Assembly (NCBI GenBank): GCA_963699545.1
Contig: CAVOUE010000005.1
Location: 352,001 to 416,000, forward strand
DNA from: Nitrospirota bacterium
GTDB lineage: Bacteria; Nitrospirota; Thermodesulfovibrionia; Thermodesulfovibrionales; UBA9159
Length of the DNA stretch: 64,000 nt
Direction of reading: 5' to 3'
Positions 9,857 through 22,004 of the stretch are shown in pieces. The notes under the pieces were generated by a model. The model did no database searches and was not told the DNA's origin. It saw only the letters and a program-made list of their open reading frames with translations. How positions within the stretch are numbered: position 1 is the first letter of the stretch; each line of letters starts with the position of its first letter. A program made the translations under genes and the position numbers.

Positions 9857-10419
9857 GATGCTTTGTTGCAGTAAACATCGAGGATTCCCTGAAAAAAGAG
9901 ATCCGTTCCGCAATAGGCGACCTTACTTCGGGAAGATGGGATGTGAAGTGGGTTCCCGTGGAGAATCTTCATATCACCCTTAAATTTCTCGGTGATGCCG
10001 CCGATGATACCGTGCAGAGGGTGAAGGACTGCCTGGCGCGGATTTCGAAACACCATGGTCACTTTGAGGTCAAACTTCAGGGCGTCGGCGTGTTTCCTGA
10101 TAGGAAAAGACCGAGGGTGGTTTGGATAGATCTACTGAATTCAGAGAAGCTCAAGAAACTTCAAGCTGAAGTTGAAGTTTCTTCTGTATCTATAGGATTT
10201 TACAAAGAAGATAGGAGTTTTTCTCCTCATCTGACAATCGGGAGGATACGCGCACTGAGGGACAGGGATACGTTCATCCGGGCTATAGAAACCCTAAGTG
10301 ACAGGGATTTTGGTAATATAGGGGTGAATAAAATCTCTTTCATGAAAAGCGACTTAAAACCTACAGGGGCTCAGTACTCCATTGTGGCTGAGTTTCCCCT
10401 TAACAAGGAGGAACAATGA
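9853..10419 (+). CDS. thpR: RNA 2',3'-cyclic phosphodiesterase
   Basis: Two HxT motifs ([16 protein letters not shown]). Confidence 0.93.
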   Translation: MRCFVAVNIEDSLKKEIRSAIGDLTSGRWDVKWVPVENLHITLKFLGDAADDTVQRVKDCLARISKHHGHFEVKLQGVGVFPDRKRPRVVWIDLLNSEKLKKLQAEVEVSSVSIGFYKEDRSFSPHLTIGRIRALRDRDTFIRAIETLSDRDFGNIGVNKISFMKSDLKPTGAQYSIVAEFPLNKEEQ

Positions 10420-11411
10420 CCAATAAGGACAAGATAAAGGCGCTCGATCTGGCGATCTCCCAGATCGAACGGAGCTTCGGCAAAGGGGCCATTATGAAAC
10501 TGGGTGCAGGAGAGGTGGCGGAAGGGGTACAGGCAATACCCACAGGTTCCATCACCCTGGATATTGCCACAGGAATCGGCGGCTATCCCCGGGGAAGGGT
10601 CGTCGAGATCTTCGGACCTGAATCTTCGGGAAAGACAACCCTTGCCCTTAACGCCATCGCCGAGGCCCAGAAGGCCGGCGGCGTTGCGGCATTCATCGAC
10701 GCAGAGCACGCCCTCGATATAAACTATGCAAAGAGGATCGGGGTGAAAGTGGAGGACCTGCTCGTATCGCAGCCCGACACCGGCGAACAGGCCCTGGAAG
10801 TGGCTGAGGCCCTTGTGAGAAGCGGCGCTGTTGATATCATTGTGATCGACTCCGTTGCGGCCCTTGTGCCGAAGGCGGAGATAGAAGGGGAAATGGGAGA
10901 TTCTCTTCCCGGCCTTCAGGCCAGACTGATGAGCCAGGCGATGAGAAAGCTCACTGCGGTCATCTCAAAATCCCTCACGACACTGATATTCATCAACCAG
11001 ATAAGAATGAAGATAGGGGTGATGTTCGGAAACCCCGAGACCACCACCGGAGGAAATGCCCTGAAGTTCTATTCCTCCATGAGGCTCGATATACGGCGGA
11101 TAGACAATCTCAAGGAAAATCAGGAGACCGTGGGTGGAAGGGTAAGGGTAAAAGTGGTGAAAAACAAGGTCGCTCCTCCTTTCAAACAGGCTGAGTTTGA
11201 TATATACTTTAACGAAGGAATATCAAGGGTCGGAGAGCTTGTGGACCTGGGAGTCGATGGTGGAATCATCGAGAAATCCGGGGCATGGTACAGTTACAGC
11301 AGCTCCCGGATCGGCCAGGGAAGGGAGAATGCCAAGGAGTTCCTGAAGAACAATCCAGAGGTCTGCGAAGCCATCCAGCAAAAGATCATGGAACTTAAGA
11401 TGAGGAGATGA
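10416..11411 (+). CDS. recA: Recombinase A
   Basis: GPESSGKTT, full RecA signature. Confidence 0.99.
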   Translation: MTNKDKIKALDLAISQIERSFGKGAIMKLGAGEVAEGVQAIPTGSITLDIATGIGGYPRGRVVEIFGPESSGKTTLALNAIAEAQKAGGVAAFIDAEHALDINYAKRIGVKVEDLLVSQPDTGEQALEVAEALVRSGAVDIIVIDSVAALVPKAEIEGEMGDSLPGLQARLMSQAMRKLTAVISKSLTTLIFINQIRMKIGVMFGNPETTTGGNALKFYSSMRLDIRRIDNLKENQETVGGRVRVKVVKNKVAPPFKQAEFDIYFNEGISRVGELVDLGVDGGIIEKSGAWYSYSSSRIGQGRENAKEFLKNNPEVCEAIQQKIMELKMRR

Positions 11412-11414
11412 TCC

Positions 11415-12573
11415 ATGGAAATCAACGAACTGCTCAAAACCGCCATTACGGAAAATGCGTCTGACCTGCATATCAAGGTCGGCTCACCCCCCATTGTCCG
11501 GGTGACCGGAGAGCTGATACCTCTGGTCTCGAGGAGAGGATTTCGCAGCAGGAGGCCATGAAGATCGCCTTTGCCGTGATGAGCCCCGGCCAGAGGGAGG
11601 TCTTCAAGCAGAAGAATGAGATCGACCTTGCGTACAGCGTCCCGGGTCTCGGCAGGTTCAGGTGCAACGTCTTCATCCAGAGAGGCACCATCGGCCTGGT
11701 CTTCAGGGTCATCCCCATGAGGATTCCGTCCATCGAAGAGCTCAACCTCCCGGAGGTTCTGCAGAAGATCGCCATGGAGGAGAGGGGTCTCGTCCTTGTC
11801 ACGGGAACAACAGGAAGCGGTAAAGTCCACGACACTCGCCAGCATGATCGATTACATCAATATGAACAGGACATGCAACATCATCACCATCGAAGACCCC
11901 ATTGAATATCTCCACAGGGATAAAAAGAGCATCGTAAACCAGCGCGAGGTGGGTAGCGACACCGAGTCCTTCGGAAGGGCATTGCGCTCGGCCCTCAGGC
12001 AGGACCCTGACGTGATCCTCGTGGGCGAGATGCGTGACTTCGAGACGATCCAGACGGCCCTGACTGCTGCGGAGACCGGTCATCTCGTCTTCAGCACCCT
12101 CCATACCATCGATGCCACAGAGACGGTGAACAGAATCATCGCGGTCTTCCCTCCCTATCAGCACAAGCAGGTGAGCATCCAGCTGTCCTCGGTGATCAAG
12201 GGCATCATCTCCATGAGACTTATGCCCAAGGCTGACGGGAAAGGCAGGGTGCCGGCAGTGGAAGTTCTTGTCGCTACAGCAATGATAAAGGACTGCATCC
12301 TCGATCCGGACAAGACAAAGCTCATTCCCGACACCATTGCCCAGGGCAAGACTCCACTACGGCATGCAGACCTTTGACCAGTCCATCTTCGATCTCTTCA
12401 AGTTGGGACTGATCACCTACGAAGAAGCCCTGAGGAGGGCGTCAAACCCCGACGACTTCGTCCTGAGGGTAAAGGGCGTCCGTTCCACCAGTGATCTCAC
12501 CTTCGATGAACAGGCTTCGCCGACGGAACCGCCGGCGAAATCCGGGGTGGAGATTCAGCGATTTGCGAAATGA
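11415..12573 (+). CDS. pilT: Type IV pilus retraction ATPase (several indels, likely assembly errors)
   Basis: ASDLHIKVG, GRFRCN, GTTGSGK, EDPIE, ALRQDPD, GMQTFDQ across frames. Confidence 0.9.
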
Positions 12574-13067
12574 GGGTACAGGCTCCTCGCCTCTCTGTGT
12601 TACACTATGCGTACCGGCTCCTGAGCTACAGAAGCAGAAGCGAAGAGGAGATGGTCAGAAGACTGAGGATGAAGGGTTTTGATGAACTCTCCGTCAGGAA
12701 GGCCGTATCCCAGCTCAGGGAGAGCGGCTTCCTCGACGACAGGAAACTCGCGGCCTCCCTCAGACAACACGCAGAGGAGTCGAAGCAACTGAGCCTCATC
12801 GGAACACGGAGATTCCTTCTCCAGAGGGGTGTCCCTCCGGAGATAATCGCCGAGGTGGTGGGGGATATCGACGAGATCGGGACGGCAACGAAGCTCGTTG
12901 AAAAAAAAATCGCTGCGTGGAGAAAACAGAGCCTTTCCCGGAAGGGCTTGCAGATGGACGGCGCACTGATCAGAAAACTGTACGGTGTTCTCTACCGGAA
13001 GGGATACCCTGCCGATGCGATAAGAAAAGTACTGCACCGCTATGCAGACAAGGAGGATTTGGAATGA
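12570..13067 (+). CDS. recX: Regulatory protein RecX
   Basis: RLLSYRSRSEEE, GFLDD; synteny with recA. Confidence 0.85.
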   Translation: MRVQAPRLSVLHYAYRLLSYRSRSEEEMVRRLRMKGFDELSVRKAVSQLRESGFLDDRKLAASLRQHAEESKQLSLIGTRRFLLQRGVPPEIIAEVVGDIDEIGTATKLVEKKIAAWRKQSLSRKGLQMDGALIRKLYGVLYRKGYPADAIRKVLHRYADKEDLE

Positions 13068-13462
13068 AGAACGCGCTTTTTTTTGCTCTGCTTTTTACGC
13101 TTGGTCTCTTGAGCCTCTCAGGATGCACAACCGCGGTGAGGTACTCTCCCGAAGAGATAAAGGGCTACCCCCCTGCGATCCAGGAACAGATACAGCAGGG
13201 CAATGTGGTAGCCGGGATGACCCCTCAGCAAGTTCGGTACGCATGGGGATCTCCGACAACAGTGAATGTGATCACGCCGACCCAGGACGGAAAACTGCGG
13301 GAAGAATGGCTTTATTCGTCCGGGATATTCGTGCAGAGAAGACTCCTCTTTGTCGAGGGAAGACTCTTCGATATCTTCCCGGAACCAAAATCAGCGCCCG
13401 CACCTGCTCAGGAGAACACAGCAGCCGGAAAAATGATGAAGAGGAAAGGCATCCCGAGATGA
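13064..13462 (+). CDS. Lipoprotein (SmpA/OmlA-like)
   Basis: LSGC lipobox; GMTPQQVRYAWGSP, EEWLY. Confidence 0.75.
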   Translation: MKNALFFALLFTLGLLSLSGCTTAVRYSPEEIKGYPPAIQEQIQQGNVVAGMTPQQVRYAWGSPTTVNVITPTQDGKLREEWLYSSGIFVQRRLLFVEGRLFDIFPEPKSAPAPAQENTAAGKMMKRKGIPR

Positions 13463-16120
13463 AAAGCGCTGAGATCAGAGCTTCATACCTTGATTATTTC
13501 CGGGGCAAAGGGCACGAAATCGTAAAGAGTTCTGCCCTTATCCCGAAAGGCGACCCTACCCTGCTCTTTACCAATGCCGGGCATGGTCCAGTTCAAATCC
13601 GTTTTTCTCGGAGAAGAGACAAAGACCATATAGAAGCGCCACCTCCTGCCAGAAATGCCTGCAGGGCAGGGCGGCAAGCACAGCGACATAGAAAATGTGG
13701 GGCATACCGCACGACACCACACTTTCTTCGAAATGCTTGGGAATTTCTCCTTCGGCGACTATTTCAAGAGGGATGCCGTATCCTTTGCATGGGAGCTCCT
13801 CACGGAGCGGTTCAGCTTCCGGAAGACAGATTCTGGGTGTCGGTGTATGAGGACGACGACGAGGCGGCAAAGCTCTGGACGGAGCTTACCGGAGATACCG
13901 GACGGCAGGATCGTGCGACTGGGAGCAAAAGACAACTTCTGGCAGATGGGTGATACAGGACCGTGCGGACCGTGCTCCGAGATCATCATCGACCAGGGAC
14001 CGGACGTGGGCTGCGACAGAGAAGATTGCACCGTTGGATGCGACTGTGACAGCTACCTGGAGATATGGAACCTTGTCTTCATGCAGTTTAACAGGGACGA
14101 CCAGGGAAACCTTACCCCTCTCCCGAAACCGAGCATAGATACAGGGATGGGCCTTGAAAGGGTTACTGCAGTACTGCAGGGCAAGCTCAACAATTTCGAC
14201 ACAGACATCTTTTCCACCATCATATCTGCGGTGAGCCATTCCACCGGCGTCGGCTACGGCAAGAGCCGGCAGAGCGATGTCTCAATAAGGGTCATTGCCG
14301 ACCATATGCGGGCCATCTCCTTCCTCCTTACAGAAGGCCTTATGCCCTCCAATGAGGGACGCGGCTATGTCCTCAGGAGGATCATCAGAAGGGCTGCACG
14401 TCATGCCAGGATGCTTGGCATCCACAGGCCGGTGCTCCACCGGCTGGTAGACTCCGTTGTTGAGAGCATGGGGGATATCTACCCTGAACTCCATGAGGAA
14501 AGGGAACGGGCAGCCAGGTTCCTGATGATCGAAGAAGAGCGCTTTGCCAGGACCCTTGAACAGGGCATGAGGATGATGGACGACATCATTGCGACCATGA
14601 ACAAATCCGGCCAGAAACTGATCCCTGGCAGCGAGCTCTTCAAGCTCTATGACACCTTTGGCTTTCCGCTGGACCTGGCCCGGGATATTGCCGCTGACAG
14701 TGACCTGCTCATCGATGAAGACGGATTTCAGAAGGAGATGGAGATACAGAGGGAAAGGGCGCGGGCCTCGTGGGTGGGAGAAGAGGAGGCCGTGGCATCC
14801 ATTTACCGGGAGCTCATCTCCGAGATCGGCAGGACGGAATTCCTTGGCTATGAAACCCTGGAGTCGCAATCGCTCATAAAGGCCATCCTCAGGGATGGAA
14901 AAGTGATAAAGGAGGCAAAAGAAGGTGCAGAGGTCGAGGTCTTCCTCGACAGGACACCCTTCTATGGAGAATCCGGCGGACAGGTGGGAGACACCGGCGA
15001 GATCACGGGCGAGAACTTCAAAGCATCGGTGATCGACACTCGAAAACCCCTGGAAGGACTCCACGCGCATGTGGTGAAGATCAGGAAGGGAGCCCTCCAC
15101 GTGTGGGACAAGGTGCGGTGCAACGTGGATGCCGAAGAGAGAAAAGCGACGATGAGAAACCACACCGCCACTCATCTGCTCCAGGCTGCCCTAAAACTCG
15201 TATTGGGCGACCACGTCAAGCAGGCAGGCTCCCTTGTTTCGCCTTCGCGCCTCCGCTTTGACTTTACGAATTTCTCGGGTCTTGATGAACCCGAGCTCTC
15301 TGCCATCGAGGCCATGGTGAACGAAAGGATACTGGAGAACCTTCCCGTAAACACGACAGTGATGGATATACAGACCGCCATTGAGTCGGGCGCTACCGCT
15401 CTTTTCGGAGAGAAGTACGGGGAATCGGTGCGGGTTGTCTCAGTGCCGGGATATACTTCGGAGCTTTGCGGGGGGACCCACTGCAGGGCCACGGGGGATA
15501 TCGGTCTCTTCTCCGTCGTGTCGGAAGGAAGCGTTGCATCCGGTATCAGAAGGATCGAGGCGTTCACCGGCAAAACGGCATTTCAGTTCCTTCGGGACAA
15601 AGGCACTGAGTTGAAGAAGATCAGCGACCTCCTGAAGACCGACCACGCTTATCAGAGGATAGAGAAACTCATGGCGGAACTGAAAACGATGGAAAGGGAA
15701 CGGGATGCCATAAAACTAAAGGCGGCCACGAGGGACTCTTCATCCATTCTGGAGCGGGCCCGCACCATACACGGGATCACCGTGCTTTCCCACAGGGTTG
15801 ACGACCTTGAACAGAAGGACCTGAGGATACTTGCCGACACCATCAGGGACAAGGTAGGCTCCGGCATTATTTTTGTGGCGTCGGTAAAGAACGGCCAGGC
15901 ATCCATGCTCGCCATGGTCACGAAAGACCTCACCGGCCGGTTCAGCGCGGGAGATATGCTGAAAGAAGTCGCGGCCATGGCAGGAGGCAGGGGCGGTGGC
16001 AAGGCGGAAATGGCACAGGGAGGCACAAGCGATCTGGATGGACTGGACAAGGCACTGGAATCGGTATACGATATAATTGAAAAGAAAATAACGGGGAACA
16101 AGGTTCAGGTTACGAAATAG
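13459..16120 (+). CDS. alaS: Alanine--tRNA ligase (N-terminal indels likely assembly errors)
   Basis: DPTLLFTNAG, RHHTFFEMLGNF, NHTATHLL, ELCGGTH, GGRGGG. Confidence 0.97.
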
Positions 16121-16190
16121 AACAGGGACGTTTTCAGACCTCTCGTTGCTCTTGACTCATGACCCGTCAGTCTCATTAAGGAGGTGCCTT

Positions 16191-16517
16191 ATGACTTTTT
16201 TTGATGCCGTACGAAACGCTCTTCTTGCTGGGTTCGGGGTGCAGGAAAAGGTAGCCGAGTTCGTTAATGATCTGGTGAAGAAGGGGGAGCTGAGCGAATC
16301 CCAGGGCGCAAAGCTCGTGAGGGAATGGGCAGACAAGGCTGACAGCAGCACCGAGCAGTTCAGCAAGAGTCTTTCGGACATCATCTCAAAAACAATGGAA
16401 AAAATGACCATCCCCTCGAAAGACGATTTGGACAAACTGAACAGGAAGATCCAGTCCCTCACGGCGCGGGTGAAGAAGCTGGAGGGGATCAAGGAGGAAG
16501 GTCCGGAAGAGGAATAG
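16191..16517 (+). CDS. Phasin-like / polyhydroxyalkanoate granule-associated protein
   Basis: LLAGFG...LVKKGEL...IPSKDD coiled coil; typical partner upstream of ubiB. Confidence 0.75.
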   Translation: MTFFDAVRNALLAGFGVQEKVAEFVNDLVKKGELSESQGAKLVREWADKADSSTEQFSKSLSDIISKTMEKMTIPSKDDLDKLNRKIQSLTARVKKLEGIKEEGPEEE

Positions 16518-16522
16518 CTCTG

Positions 16523-18220
16523 GTGGATCTCTTCAGAGTCACCCGCACCTACAGGTCTGCACGAAGGCTTCAGCAGATCATCAATGTCTTTCTCAAGCAC
16601 GGCTTCGGCCGTATCATAGACCAGATACACCTCGGCAGATACGTCCCTTTCAGAAAGCGTCTCAAGACGTTCGGCCAGTGGCCCGCGCTCAAGGGACCTT
16701 CGGTGCCGGAGCGGCTCCGCATCGCCTTTGAAGAACTGGGACCAAGTTTCATCAAGCTGGCGCAGCTGCTCTCTTCCCGATCGGACCTTATCACGGCGCA
16801 GTTTGCAAACGAGTTCAAGAAGCTCCAGGACGAGGTCCCGCCCTTCCCTGTGGCAGTGGCAAAACAGATCATCGCGGAAGAGCTGAAAAAACCCCTGGGC
16901 GAAATATTTATCGAGTTCAGGGATGAGCCCGTTGCAGCGGCATCCATCGCACAGGTGCACTATGCAAAGCTTCTGGACGGCGGCGAGGTCATCGTGAAGG
17001 TCCAGCGCCCGGGGATACGGGAGCAGATCGAAACCGACATCAACATCCTTACCACGGTAGCACGCCTTCTGGAGCGGCATGTCCCTGAGAGCAGATTCTT
17101 TAATCCCACAGGAATTGTTGATGAATTCTCAAGGACTCTTTACAAGGAGCTGGACTTTGTGGGAGAGGCAAAGAATTGCTCCCGGTTCAGGAAGAGCTTC
17201 GAAAACAACCCCGACATTTATATACCGCAGATCTACGGAGATTATGTTACCGAGAAAGTCCTGGTCATGGAGAGGATCAAGGGGGTGAGGATCGACGACA
17301 TCCCCGGGATCACGGCCATGGGCCTTGACCGCAAGCGACTCGTGAAGATCAGTGTGGACGCCTACTTCAAGATGATCCTGGACGACGGGTTCTTCCATGC
17401 GGATCCCCACCCCGGGAATATCCTCGTGACCGGGGACGGGATGCTCGCCTTTGTGGATTTCGGCATCGTGGGGAGCGTAACTCCTGAAATGATGGAGACC
17501 ATGGCAAACACCTTCCTCGCTCTCATTCACAGGGACTTTGACGGCCTCATTGACCAGTACGTCGAACTCGGGTATGTGCCTGAGGATGTCGACCTTGACA
17601 AGTTCAGACGGGAGTTCAGGACAGACCTCCTCTATTTCCTTGAACCGCTCTACGGGCTCACGCTCCAGGAGATCAACTTCGCACAGTACCTCGACATCAT
17701 CACCCACATTGCGCTGAAACACAGGATGCAGATACCTGCCGACTTGCTGCTCATCAACAAGGCGATGCTCATTCTCGAAAATATCGGCAGGGAACTGGAC
17801 CCCGGCTTCGACTTCGTTGCAGCGGCAGAGCCCTACGCGGAGAAGATCGTGATGAGCAAGTACAGCCCCTCAAAGATGATGGAAAAGGCAGGCAAGAATG
17901 TCATGGAAATGGGAGATTTCATCTTTCTGTTTCCAAAACAGATAAAGTTGATCATACGGAAGATCCTCAGGGACGATGTCCATCTGAAGATGACCCATAT
18001 AGGGCTGGACCGGTTCATCACCGACATGGACCGTTCGAGCAATCGCATCACCTTCGGCCTGATCATCGCCGCCATGCTTCTCAGCTCCGCCATAATGCAA
18101 TCATCAGGGGTAGGATCAAGGATCTTCGGCATGTCCGTCCTCGGTCTCATGAGTTTCGGTTCCGCCTTCCTTCTGGGCATATGGCTCATCATATCCATCA
18201 TACGCTCGGGAAGACTTTAA
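16523..18220 (+). CDS. UbiB/AarF (ABC1) family kinase
   Basis: GPSFIKLAQ, AAASIAQVH, VKVQRP, FFHADPHPGN, DFG. Confidence 0.95.
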   Translation: MDLFRVTRTYRSARRLQQIINVFLKHGFGRIIDQIHLGRYVPFRKRLKTFGQWPALKGPSVPERLRIAFEELGPSFIKLAQLLSSRSDLITAQFANEFKKLQDEVPPFPVAVAKQIIAEELKKPLGEIFIEFRDEPVAAASIAQVHYAKLLDGGEVIVKVQRPGIREQIETDINILTTVARLLERHVPESRFFNPTGIVDEFSRTLYKELDFVGEAKNCSRFRKSFENNPDIYIPQIYGDYVTEKVLVMERIKGVRIDDIPGITAMGLDRKRLVKISVDAYFKMILDDGFFHADPHPGNILVTGDGMLAFVDFGIVGSVTPEMMETMANTFLALIHRDFDGLIDQYVELGYVPEDVDLDKFRREFRTDLLYFLEPLYGLTLQEINFAQYLDIITHIALKHRMQIPADLLLINKAMLILENIGRELDPGFDFVAAAEPYAEKIVMSKYSPSKMMEKAGKNVMEMGDFIFLFPKQIKLIIRKILRDDVHLKMTHIGLDRFITDMDRSSNRITFGLIIAAMLLSSAIMQSSGVGSRIFGMSVLGLMSFGSAFLLGIWLIISIIRSGRL

Positions 18221-18267
18221 GGGATTGGCGCTTTCGTCACGGTCTTCAGTGACTACGAGCTCTGTGC

Positions 18268-19572
18268 TCACTTGCCCAGCAGTATTGACCCCTCAGAAAA
18301 GAATGTCCCCGCCACCGCAGCGGTCATGAGGCATGCAAGGGTCGCTGCGATAAGCGCTTTGAAACCGATGCTGGAAAGGTCCTTCGTCCGCCGGGGAACG
18401 AGGGCCGCCGTGCCGCCGACGAAAATGGCAAGAGACGCGAAGTGGGCGAACCCGTTCAGGGCATAAGCAGCAAGGACCGCAGAGCGGGGATCCCTGAGAG
18501 CCCCGGAATTGAGGAGCACTGCAAGGTCCTGATACGACTTCACCTCTGTGAGCACAGCCCGCTCACCTATGAGCCTGGCGATCTCCACGGCGTCTGCGAA
18601 AGGGACACCGATCACAAGGGCAAGGGGATAGAACAGGTACCCCAGAAGACCCTTCAACGACCAGTCAACCTGAATTCCCAGGAGATCGTTCAGTCGCATC
18701 CCGACACCGGAAAGGAAAAGATCCACGAGCGCCACAATGCCGAGGAACGCAAGGAGAAGCGCCACGATCCCTGCCACCATCTTAAGCCCCTCGTTCGCCC
18801 CTGTGATGATCGCTTCCATTATGCTTGATTCTTTTTCATAGTGAGGGACCACGTCCATCCCCAGTGTCTCCGGTTTCCCGGTCTCGGGCATGATGATCTT
18901 TGACATAACAATTGCCGCTATGGCGGAAAGAATGGATGCTGAGACAAGGTGACCGGCTATGGTGGGGAACTTTTCTTTCAGGAGGAAGACGTAAAGGGCC
19001 AGGACGTTGGATGCGGTTGTGGACATGCCGGCAGCGAGGATGGTACAGAGCTCGGAGCGGGTCATGCCCCCCAGGTAGGGCAGGACAGTCATGTTGGCTT
19101 CCACCCCGACAAAGATATTGCTGGATACGCTGAGGGACTCTGCACCGCTTATCCCCATCAGTCTTGTAAAGACCTTTGAGAACAGCCTTATAAGCCTGGG
19201 CATCACGCCGATGTAGTAAAGGGCTGCCATGAGGCTCGCAAAGAATATGATGGTCGGAAAGGCCTGGAATGCCAGAATAAAGCCGATGGATTCTTCGCCT
19301 GCTTCATTCCTTGTGCCCGGTGGAAGGGCAAGCCTGCCGAAGAGGAACCTCGTGCCTGCACCTGCGCTGTCAAGGAGCTTTACCACCACGTCGTTCACAA
19401 AAAGGAAGAGCCGGGAGCCTGCAGGAACGACGAAAATGAAAAGGGCCAGGAGAAGCTGGAGGGCGGTTCCCCAAAAAATGACGCGCCAGTTGATGACCCT
19501 TCTGTCGGCGGAAAGACCCCAGGCAACGGCCATGAGGATGAAGATACCGATAAAACTTATGAGGTTATACAT
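18268..19572 (-). CDS. CNT/NupC family nucleoside transporter
   Basis: AFQAFPTIIFF, NIFVG, YALNGFAHF motifs. Confidence 0.92.
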   Translation of the reverse strand: MYNLISFIGIFILMAVAWGLSADRRVINWRVIFWGTALQLLLALFIFVVPAGSRLFLFVNDVVVKLLDSAGAGTRFLFGRLALPPGTRNEAGEESIGFILAFQAFPTIIFFASLMAALYYIGVMPRLIRLFSKVFTRLMGISGAESLSVSSNIFVGVEANMTVLPYLGGMTRSELCTILAAGMSTTASNVLALYVFLLKEKFPTIAGHLVSASILSAIAAIVMSKIIMPETGKPETLGMDVVPHYEKESSIMEAIITGANEGLKMVAGIVALLLAFLGIVALVDLFLSGVGMRLNDLLGIQVDWSLKGLLGYLFYPLALVIGVPFADAVEIARLIGERAVLTEVKSYQDLAVLLNSGALRDPRSAVLAAYALNGFAHFASLAIFVGGTAALVPRRTKDLSSIGFKALIAATLACLMTAAVAGTFFSEGSILLGK

Positions 19573-19586
19573 GTTCTCAATCCATC

Positions 19587-20357
19587 CTACTTCTTCCGTT
19601 CGAACATGGTCCCTGCGATCACCACAAAGGCAACAGACGTGGCGAGGAGAACACCGATATCCGTCACAAGGGAAAAATCAAAAACTCCTCCGTCTCTGAA
19701 TATGGCATGTTTCAGGGCATCTATGCCGTACGTGAAAGGATTCAGCCGGGTGAGGATTTTCAGAATGTCAGGAAGCAGTTTCACGGGGTACATGGCGCCG
19801 GAGAGGAAGAACATTGGCATCACGATGAAGTTCATGATGACGCTGAAGCTCTCAAAACTTTCATAGAACGTGGCGATGACGATTCCCAGGGACGCGATGC
19901 AGAAGGAAAGCAGCGTGCAAATCAGGATGGTCTCCATGATCGCCGGCACGCCGATCTTGATGCCGAGGAACGGGAACAGCGCGAGGATTATCACGGCCTG
20001 GATCACGGAGATGATGGTCCCGCTCAAGGCCTTCCCAAGCACTATCGAGAACCTTGACACCGGCGCAACAAGGATCTCCTTCATCAGGCCGAATTCCTTA
20101 TCCCAGATGATGGAGATGGATGAAAAGATGGCGCTGAAGAGGATGGTCATGCCGAGAATGCCGGGGAATATGAACTGGATGTAGGTAACACCTCCCATCG
20201 CCCCCATACCCGGAGAAACGAGCCTTGACATGCCGCCGCCCACAAGGAAGAGCCATATGAGGGGACGCGCGATGGTCGATATGAGCCTGGACTTCTCCCT
20301 TATGAATTTCTTGAATTCCCTGGCGACCAGGACGTAGATGGCATTAACCTCTATCAA
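19587..20357 (-). CDS. ABC-2 type permease (DrrB-like)
   Basis: FIFPGIL, DKEFGLMKEILVAP, FLSGAMYP. Confidence 0.92.
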   Translation of the reverse strand: MIEVNAIYVLVAREFKKFIREKSRLISTIARPLIWLFLVGGGMSRLVSPGMGAMGGVTYIQFIFPGILGMTILFSAIFSSISIIWDKEFGLMKEILVAPVSRFSIVLGKALSGTIISVIQAVIILALFPFLGIKIGVPAIMETILICTLLSFCIASLGIVIATFYESFESFSVIMNFIVMPMFFLSGAMYPVKLLPDILKILTRLNPFTYGIDALKHAIFRDGGVFDFSLVTDIGVLLATSVAFVVIAGTMFERKK

Positions 20358-21348
20358 CCTTCCTCCTGTAGGAGCGCACTTCCTCTTTTATGGTATCTCC
20401 CGGGGACACGTCCTCAGCCCTGATCTCCTTCCCTGTCATCTTCAGAAAGACATCGTTCAGTGTCGGCCGCTGGAGCCTTACGGAAAGCACGCTATCACCC
20501 AGGGCCCTGATGATTTCGGGGATGCAGGCATCCCCTTTCAGGGAGGTCAGGAACAGTTCACCGTCCTGTTCAAAGACATCCACCTGGAACAGTTTCTCTA
20601 TTTTGCCCTTCGCCGTTTTATTGTCCGAGGTCTTGACGTAGATGACATCACCGCCGATGGTTTTCTTGAGTTCTTCAGGGGTCCCCATGGTGATGATCTT
20701 CCCATGGTCGATAATGGCGATCCTGCTGCAGACCTCCGCCTCTTCCATATAATGGGTGGTCATAAACACCGTCACCTTGTGTTTCCTGGGAAGTTCTACA
20801 ATAAAGTTCCAGAGATTTGCCCTGGTCTGGGGATCAAGCCCCAGCGTGGGCTCATCAAGAAAGAGCACCTTCGGCCTGTGGATGAGTCCCCGAGCCACCT
20901 CGAGCCTCCGCTTCATGCCGCCCGAGAATTTCTTCACGAGGTCGTTCCTTCTCTCGCTGAGGTCAACAAAATTCAGGGCATCCCTTATCCGCTCTTGTCT
21001 CTCTGACTTCTTTACGTCATAGAGATAAGCGTGGAACACAAGGTTCTCATATGCCGTCAGTTCCTTGTCCAGCGTAGTGTCCTGAAACACGATGCCGATG
21101 GCTTTTCTCACCTCGGATGATTCCTTCATGCAGTCATGCCCGTAAATAGAGGCTTTCCCTGATGTGGGGGAGAGCAATGTGCAGAGGATATTTATGGTCG
21201 TCGTCTTTCCTGCGCCGTTCGGCCCGAGAAAGCCGAATATCGTACCCTCCTCCACTTCAAAGGAGATATCATCTACCGCAGTGAGATTCCCGAACTTTTT
21301 GACGAGATTTTCTACTTTGATTATTGGCTTGCGTATGGGCATAGACAT
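20344..21348 (-). CDS. ABC transporter ATP-binding protein (DrrA-like)
   Basis: GPNGAGKTT, FSGGMKRR, LDEPT. Confidence 0.95.
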   Translation of the reverse strand: MSMPIRKPIIKVENLVKKFGNLTAVDDISFEVEEGTIFGFLGPNGAGKTTTINILCTLLSPTSGKASIYGHDCMKESSEVRKAIGIVFQDTTLDKELTAYENLVFHAYLYDVKKSERQERIRDALNFVDLSERRNDLVKKFSGGMKRRLEVARGLIHRPKVLFLDEPTLGLDPQTRANLWNFIVELPRKHKVTVFMTTHYMEEAEVCSRIAIIDHGKIITMGTPEELKKTIGGDVIYVKTSDNKTAKGKIEKLFQVDVFEQDGELFLTSLKGDACIPEIIRALGDSVLSVRLQRPTLNDVFLKMTGKEIRAEDVSPGDTIKEEVRSYRRKVDRG

Positions 21349-21434
21349 ATAAGAGTTTAGCAGAAAAGGAATATTGTTGACAGAGGCAAAAACGGTTGAT
21401 AGAATACGCTTTAGGGAAAGGCGGTGACATTGAA

Positions 21435-21839
21435 ATGAGGCGTTCATCCATAATCGCTGTGTTTGTCAGTCTGATGGTTACGATGGTATCGATTGCATGG
21501 GCTGCGACCAACCTTAACTCGTCGAAAAGCAACATTTATAGACTCGTCTACTCGGCAGAAGCGGTGACTTCATCGCAGGCAACCGCAATCCTTGCCGAGC
21601 TGGACAAGATCGGTCCGGCAGATGAAGCGAGATTAAAACAGTGGTTGCCCGCGAATTTTAAGAGACATGGCGTTCAAGGCGACAGCATCAAGAAGATCAT
21701 CATCATACCGGCTGACAAAACGCGTAAGTCAATCACGATCATCCTCTTGACGAACCCTGCGGATGAGCCTGCGGCACGCCATATTGCAGTGAGCGATTCG
21801 GGTGCTGTTGGCAAGCCAACAATTGATATTAAGAAATAA
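21435..21839 (+). CDS. Secreted hypothetical protein
   Basis: Signal peptide ending AWA; NLNSSKSN motif. Confidence 0.65.
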   Translation: MRRSSIIAVFVSLMVTMVSIAWAATNLNSSKSNIYRLVYSAEAVTSSQATAILAELDKIGPADEARLKQWLPANFKRHGVQGDSIKKIIIIPADKTRKSITIILLTNPADEPAARHIAVSDSGAVGKPTIDIKK

Positions 21840-22004
21840 GCATCCTTTGCTCGCACCCCCGTTCCCGTCCTACGGACCGCGGAATGGAAAAGGGAAAGGG
21901 TGACCACTCTGTTGAGAGATGCCTCCAACCGCATATAACGACATATTGGCGCTCCCGCACTTCGGGAACCCAAAAGAGAAAGTCATGACCAAGGAGAAAA
22001 CAGG

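Noticed and set aside
10416-13067. pilT inserted between recA and recX
   Set aside because: To my knowledge this order also occurs in Geobacter-like bacteria; not novel
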